Below are positions 55,857-64,000 of a DNA stretch of 64,000 bases, in pieces. Both the position numbers and the translations under genes were made by a program. The stretch lies in the NCBI RefSeq assembly GCF_016433145.1, contig NC_058133.1, forward strand, positions 423,306,933-423,370,932, written 5' to 3'. The stretch is from Gracilinanus agilis (Eukaryota). The notes below the pieces were generated by a model, which searched no databases, was not told the origin of the DNA, and worked only from the letters and a program-made list of their open reading frames with translations. Position 1 is the stretch's first letter; the number at the start of each line of letters is the position of its first letter.

Positions 55857-57107
55857 TAATTTTAATAAAGGATCTTTTAAAATTAGAAAGCAAAGATAAC
55901 TTTATACTTTTCATTGGTGTTTCGCTTATGTCTTTGTTTTTCTGCCTTCCCTTGCTCTATTTGTAGAAATGTTTTGGGTAGTTGGCTTTTTTGATATATG
56001 AGCCTTTTCCCATTGCTCTTCTCTTTTTTTCTCTGTCATTTTTCATAAAATCTTTTCTGCTACAGATGTTACTGTCAGCCACAGGATCACATTATTAACA
56101 TGGGGCAAATAATTATGAATTTCTATCTTTGCAAGATGGGAGCTATATTTAGTAAAAGAAGACTTAAAAATTTAAACAGTGAATATAATAAACTTGTGTT
56201 CATACCAAGATGTATGTCCATTGGCCTTTAACACTGACCAAAAAGGATGTTCCCAAAGAAACTCTTAATAATTTCCTTTGCCCTTCCTATACTACATGAA
56301 ATGGTTCAGGAGTGCCTTCTTTTTTCTTTTTTCCTTTAAACCTAGTTGTACTCAAGTTTCATATAGTGGCTCCAATCCTAGCCTTTTCAGGCTAAAGTTG
56401 ACTAATAAAAACACACACCCATTGTTTTAAACAGATGTTTGAAAGGGAAGAAGAATATTTTAACAGCAATGAAAACATGAAGTACCTCTTTAGCTGTCCT
56501 CATGCAGCTGAGATAGTTAAGCGTAATGTCATCTTCACATATTTACTAATTACGACTCCTCCTCTCATTTTATAGGACTGTAGATAACATAAAGAATGCA
56601 ATTATATGTTCCATTGTGATTCTTCACTGATTGCAAAAGGGAGACATATCTAGTGAAATAAACTAGAAGGCATTTGGACTGGGGGCTCAGAGATCTCAGT
56701 TCTAGTTTTGGCTCAGCCCCAAGATAGCTGTGTTATCTTGGGCAAGTCATACCACTTCCCTGGGGCTCAGTTTCCTCATCCGCAATACGAGGCACTTAGA
56801 TTAGATGCTCTTTAAGGTTCCTTTGTGTTCTAACACTCTGCTCTTCTAAAATGTCTACAACTCCTCTGTTTCTATGTAATACAGATAGATGGCTCTACTT
56901 CTTTTGTTGGCCATTGTTAGGGGTGGGGAGTGGGAAGAAATAAAGTAGAAGGACTGAGAAACTATTTTATAGAAATGTCAAGGAGCAAATTACATTTGAA
57001 CAAGTAGTAAAGAGTGACTGCTTTTATCCATTTCTTACTCTGTATGCCTTTTGGATGAAAAAAAATGTTTTGAAACAGAAAAAAAAATTTGAGAAATAAA
57101 AAAATAA

Positions 57108-57407
<300 letters not shown>

Positions 57408-57776
57408 TGAGTCCCAACCATTACTCTGATTTCTTGCCCTAGCTACAGCTGTGCACTTTGATGGGCGTTTTCCCAGACAAACATTTCCCAGCTGTAATAA
57501 ATGACTCATTTCTGCTCAGGTGCCCATGAATTCCCTCGAGGGTCTGAAAACAAGTGAGGGGAGAAGATTATGCAGTTTAGAAATGGTTGGCTTTTTAGAC
57601 CAACTCTAATTTCCCCTCCCTTAAGATCTAAAATAGGAACTCTAAGAGTTCTTATATAACAAACATTTCCAAAAGTGACTTTTTTCCCAACTGAGAATTG
57701 CTTAAATATAATTTCAGAAATATCATCTAAAAGATTGAATAGTTTAACATTTGTAACAATAGTATTTAGTTAGTGG

Positions 57777-57907
57777 TTTTTTGGTTTTTGTTTTTGCTTT
57801 TAAACCCTTCCTTCTGTTTTAGAATCAATACTCTATATTGGTTCCAATGTAGAAGAACAATAAAGGCTAGACAGTGGAGGTTAAATGACTTACCCAGGGC
57901 CACACAA
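57777..57907 (-). mobile_element. SINE1_Mdo-type SINE, 5'-truncated
   Basis: tttaaacccttccttctgttttagaatcaatact..gacttacccagggccacac. Confidence 0.8.
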
Positions 57908-59060
57908 GCATAAATAGTGTTTTAAAGTTTGCAAAACACTTTACATGCTATCATAATTGATCCTCATAACAACCCTGTGAGGTAAGTGCTATTTTCCTTA
58001 TTTTACTGAAGGAATCTGAGGTTAAGATGCCCAAGGCCACACAGGCAAATGTTAGAGACAGGATTTGAACTCAGATCTTTGTGACTCCAAAAGTTCAACA
58101 ATCTATTCATGCACCATTTCTGTCATTTATTGAATGAAGTCACTAGTATTTACTTTTTAGTAAATTTAGTATTTACTATTGAAAATAGTTGTACAAAATC
58201 TTCAAGTTTATAAAGTCATAGGATTATAGGGGTAAAGCTGGAAGCGTCCCCAGAGGCTCTCTGAGGAGATCATTGCCTACTCACCGTCACACTGGTGATA
58301 AACATCTCCAAACTTGGGTCTATCGACTTCAATCTGTGTTCTTCTCACTACATCATGTGGTTCCTTGTTAATACTCCTCCTCTTTAGAGACTCAAAAATT
58401 GGAATTGCCCCAAACTCCTAAAATAGGAAATCCCCCTTAATGAACTAATTACTAACTAACTACTTTAGCTAAATTAATATATTACAAAGGAAAGAGAAGT
58501 AAACAGCTTAACTAAGATCATGCTTTTTTGTTTCCAAAACTAGTACTCTGTGGTGAGCTAAGGACAACTCTGGCCATCCAAGACACTCTAACTCCAGATC
58601 AAAACCACACTTCCTTGAATGGCTAGAATCTTAATTTGACAACGTTCCTGAGGCAAAATTGTAATATTTTTCTCATTATTGCTCTAGCCCACCAGATTTA
58701 CCAAAACACACACACACACAAATCCCAAAAGTAACTTCCTTTTCTCACTAAACTTTCATGGCAAAAATTGAAATCCACTGAGCACTATTATTTGATCCAC
58801 TCAAGTCCTGAAGTACTAAAAGACTTGCTTGGATGTTTTCAGGGTAGAATTAATTCCAAGAACATCCTTGATTGGATTTATGGATTGTGCTAATTCCAAA
58901 AGCTGAATAATAGAAAAATAATTGAAAATGGAGTCAAGGAAAGCATGAATGCTATTTATTACAGAAAACTTGCACTGAGAGAGGGAATCCGTTCTAAGAG
59001 ATGACAGAAATTAATCAGTGATTACTATAATTATAAATTCATAAGATTGTAGAGCTAGAA

Positions 59061-59299
59061 TATTTCAGTCATATTCAACTATGTGACTCATTGTAGAGCT
59101 AGAATATTTCAGTCATATTCAACTATGTGACTCCATTCTTGATAAAGATATTGTAGTGGTTTGCCATTTCCTTCTCCAGATCACAGAGGGGGAAACTGAG
59201 GCAAACAAAATTAAATTATTTGCCCAAGAAGGGCAAATTTGAATTCAGATCTTCCTCACTCCAGGCCAGTGTGCTATTCACCATGCCGACTAGTGGCCC
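59061..59299 (-). mobile_element. MAR1-type SINE inserted in a MIR3-like element
   Basis: Reverse tail ttcagtcatattcaact..gtagtggtttgccatttccttctccag; host resumes gaaagggacttcagagg at 59302. Confidence 0.7.
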
Positions 59300-59579
59300 T
59301 TGAAAGGGACTTCAGAGGCTACCTAATCTAACTCCCTCGTTTTATAGATGAGGAAACTTAAACTTGAAGGAGATTTTCCCCAAAACATACAGGTAGCAAG
59401 TAACAAAGGTATGATTTCAACCCATGTCATCTAATTAAAAGATGTAGCATTTTTTTCCCCTACAATTCTGCTTCTTCTGACTTCCAAGGCATTCTAAAGA
59501 ATGAACTTGATGGGGAAAACATTGGCTAAGTCTTGTTTGACTCATTTCTTTTAAAATGCAGTGGGATAAACCTACTCTG

Positions 59580-60062
59580 TGTAATAGTTAAAATTAAATT
59601 ATGAGGCTGTTAGTAGCTTTAATAACTTTATTACAGCACAGTAGTAATAGTAAAGAGAGGGAAATGTAGGAAAGAAGTAGAGACTTACTTAGCTCACTAC
59701 TCTATTGGCCACCATGATGGATTGAAGCTCACCAATGACAAGGATTCCTTCAGGTTCCACACTCCAGCCAGAAGACCCCTCGGCAGACTCCTGGGTCTCC
59801 CCTTATAAGCAGTTTTCTTCACCCACTGACTATCACATGTCACATCTCAGGAACCAATCATAGTTTCTTAATTTTGCCTGGGCCGCCCAGGAAGGCAGTG
59901 CCTGTGGAATCAGCTTCTTGTCTTGTTGGTTCCTTCATTTCTTTTTCCTGAGGTCTTGTCTATACCTGGTTTTACTTAGTGGTAGTTGGCCTCCAGGTCT
60001 CTGAGAAATTATGTCAACAAAGTGACACAATGGAGAGAGAAATTCTCAATTCCCTTCCAACA
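59580..60062 (-). mobile_element. Solo ERV LTR (483 bp, 4-bp TSD, ERV1-like)
   Basis: TG..CA termini; TSD tctg at 59576-59579 and 60063-60066; in minus-strand order CCAAT box (59854-59858), TATAA (59803-59808), AATAAA (59627-59632). Confidence 0.8.
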
Positions 60063-60556
60063 TCTGTGAGAAATGGCAAAAATATTTTGGTCTAATCCTG
60101 CAATTATTTTTTAAATACTGAAATGGATATGCCTGCTGAAATGATTAAGCAAAACACTACTTAACTGCTTTATAAATCTTTCAGAAAGATCTGCTGGGTT
60201 TGGTAGAAGCCATGAGGCCTTTTGTAGTCATGATAAACTATCATGAAGATTTTAGATCAATTGATTAGTGGCCAATCCATAATAGGTTATTAAATATAAC
60301 CAAAAGCATGTAGGATCCATCTTTAACTTTTTGAGTTTAGTGGCTGGGAACATTCGTCTTTAGGAAGGGAAATCCAGCCTGGATGGAATGTGAACTAGAA
60401 ACAGTGTGACAGTGCCTAGGAGGATGTTTTCAATTTTTATGACCAGATTTGAGATTTTATAAGCACAGACAGCTTTGGTAAGAAGCTTCATCTATCAATG
60501 CACATTAACCCCTTCTCTTCAACTCATAATCTCAGAGCGTTGCCTGGAGCAACTGA

Positions 60557-61105
<549 letters not shown>

Positions 61106-61141
61106 TGAGGGTCAGTATAGACTTTTCTTAGGTTTTTTTTT

Positions 61142-61305
61142 CCTAGAAACAAGAGGTCTTGGGTTCAATTCTAACCTCAGACACTTCCTAGCTATGTGAC
61201 CCTGGGCAAGCCACCTAAACCCCACTGCCTAGCCCTTACTGCTTTTCTGCCTTAGAACCAATACACAGTACTGATTCTAAGATGGAAGATAAGAGTTTAA
61301 AAAAA
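61142..61305 (+). mobile_element. SINE1_Mdo-type SINE, head truncated
   Basis: gaggtcttgggttcaattc..cccactgcctagcccttactgc..gattctaagatggaagataagagttt(A)n. Confidence 0.85.
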
Positions 61306-61569
61306 TATATATATATTATAATAAAGGAAGGAAGGAAGCATCATAGGCTAAAATCACTATGGAATTTTAATCAACAATTTCAAATTAAGTACTAACAAGA
61401 GTTAACAATTTTGCTGTTGACATTTAAGATTATGGATGTAAAGTTGGAAGGGACCTCCAAAATGACATCTGTGCTAAATCAGAAAAGCCCCTAATAAAGT
61501 ATAAGAGTATGTGCTATGATTTTGGGGAAAGAGCACTGCTCTGGGTTCAAGTCCCAGCTACGTGACCTC

Positions 61570-61962
61570 AGAAAATTTACATGAACTGAAGCAGAGTGAA
61601 ATAAACAGAGCAAAATATACACAATAACTACAGCAATGCCAATGGAAGGAACCACCATGTACAAAATTTCAAAAACGAATGTAACAAAATTGTAAAGATT
61701 AAGCTTCACTTGAATGAAGAGACATGAGAACACATTCCCAACTCTCCCTTTCATGGAAATAGGAGGTTCACAGGTGTTACACATTTTATGTGTTTTGGGA
61801 TTTTTTTTCAATGCATCACTCAGTTATGTTGATTTAATTTCCCCTTTGAAAAATACCATTTGTTAAATGGAATGGGTCTCTTGGAGGAATCAGGAGGATA
61901 CTGTAGATAACTATGTTGATGTAAGAAATAAGACATCAATGAAAAATTATTAAAAAAAAGAA
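61570..61962 (+). mobile_element. Older L1 3' end fragment
   Basis: acatgaactgaagcagagtgaaataaacag.. to gatgtaagaaataagacatcaat + A-rich tail. Confidence 0.6.
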
Positions 61963-62199
61963 ACAATAAGGATTTGAACTCAAGGAGTCCTCTGACAACA
62001 GAGCCTCTATCCACTGTACCATGTAGGCCTCTGATTGTTTCTTTCTTTGTCACAAAAATATGATTTTGGGAGAAAGCCCCCAAACAAACAAAACTCCTGC
62101 ACCCACCTTTGCCCATCACCTCAGGGCTAGACAGAAGATCTTATCCCATTGGCTTCACTTATTGAAGCTTCAGCATATGATTTGGGTCATTGTGATTAA

Positions 62200-62394
<195 letters not shown>

Positions 62395-64000
62395 TGATGC
62401 TATTTGCACTGTTACAATATTGTCTATACCACTAATGTTGCAAGGATTAGGTAAAGAATCTTTTAAGTTTAAGAGCAATATGCTATACATTTAAATAGAA
62501 ATCAAAGTTTAATGCTATTATTTTATTTATATTTTTCAAACAGCTTTCTAAATGTGAACTAAATAATTACTATCAACTGAGTTTAATGGGTTAAAAAGGG
62601 AGGAATCTGAATTTTTTTAGAATATCTATGAAATTATAGTGAAATTGAATGAAAATAGAAAATGGCTATTTCAATGAATTAATTCCTAAAAGTGAACTCA
62701 TTGAAGTAGCCATTTTCTATACAGAACAATTGATGTTCAAATTTTGTCTTTTCTCTGATTTATAAGTTCATATTATTATAGATCAAGAGTTAAAAGGAAC
62801 TTCAGAGGTTATCCATCCAGAATCCTCATTTTACAGATAAGGAAACTGAGGCCAAAGGAGTATAAGGGTCTTGCCCAGCATAATACAGTTGATAAACAGT
62901 AGAGCTAGAATTTGAACTCAGGTCTTGTGACTCTAAATTAAGTATACTTTCCACTTTTTTGAAATGCGGACTTTGAAAATGGTGGAATTTCCATTCTGAC
63001 ACTCACAAATTGTCAAGCCATCTTAAGATGAACTGGAGAGAACCATCTTCCTTTGTACTTTTCTGCCAATAGTTGTTCAAATACTTCCTCCACAAAAGAG
63101 AAAACTTGTCACTGCAACATGCAGGACAAAACCCAAATCCCATCAGGAAGCTGTCCTCTATGGCAGTGTGGTGAGGAAGACAAATTGAGAGTTAAACTAT
63201 TTACCAAGTCTATGCCAGGGCCTTTTACTTAGATGTACTCAGTAGGGAATATAAATTACTATATGGGTAGATTATGACAAAAGTATAGGGTAAGGAAGAT
63301 CATCTGATTTTCCAGGTAGGATTAGGGACCATTTGATATCAATAGTCTAAAGGGAGTAGGAAGGTCAGCAGCATCAGGAGCATAAGAGATACTTATTTGC
63401 CAAAGTATTATAAAAAAAAAGTTGATTTTTCAAGTCTCTCTCATACAGTTGATGGTTCTCAAGTGACTCTGATTTTAAAAAAAGATAACTTAGATATCTA
63501 AAGCATGCTGAGTCATATGTGCCCTTAAAATAATTTGGACCAAATATGAAATTTGAGCTCTATATAATTATAATGAGAAGTTTAAAAAACCAACCAACCA
63601 GAACCTATATATCCAAATAAGCATTATTTTTAAAATCGTTACCTTAGGAAACCATAAATATAATTCAGTTATACTGACTTAATTCAAAATTATTTTAGAG
63701 ATATTTTCAAAGTATCTTCAGAAAGACATATCTACAGGTACCATTAGTTTTGTATTTAAGTCACTGGGGCAGTCCCCATCATATGTGGGGCTCCTGAAAA
63801 GCTAAATTAGGTTCAAGGTATTCTGAATCCAGTCAAAATCTTAGCTCATGAACCCTCAACAATGTTTAGTTTACTAGTCACTCAGAAGACACAATTAGTT
63901 CAAGGCAAAGTCATTTAGTGAAATAGCACAGTGTACTGAGGCATAAACTCTACAGAATTTAGGTCTCTCTTTCCCTCAAGGTGGAGCAAAGACCCTAGAG

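Noticed and set aside
59705-59725. Perfect-looking Kozak gccaccATG inside the LTR
   Set aside because: Reads ATG ATG GAT TGA and stops after three codons.

Overview
Marsupial genomic DNA, most likely a didelphid opossum such as Monodelphis domestica. The basis is Monodelphis-type SINE1 copies, MAR1 CORE-SINEs with RTE-type tails, and strong CpG depletion. The window covers the middle of one plus-strand gene, FNDC1 (fibronectin type III domain containing 1). Seventeen consecutive coding exons (about exons 2-18, numbered by analogy to human) are traceable with GT-AG sites and consistent phases. The 5' part of exon 10 is hidden in an assembly gap. The exons encode four N-terminal FN3 domains, a 2,817-nt exon for a Ser/Asp/Arg-rich disordered region, a degenerate 8-residue hairpin-like repeat, a poly-Thr mucin stretch and the start of a C-terminal FN3 domain. 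Introns are filled with SINE1, MAR1, MIR, L2, CR1/L3, L1, hAT MITEs and at least one solo ERV LTR. I see no wholly new biological system. The best leads are the 8-aa repeat module, AG|GTAATA composite (recursive-type) splice sites, an inverted SINE pair, an antisense solo LTR with intact promoter motifs, and several local duplications. Exon coordinates are base-exact; repeat boundaries and family names are by-eye approximations from recalled consensus sequences.
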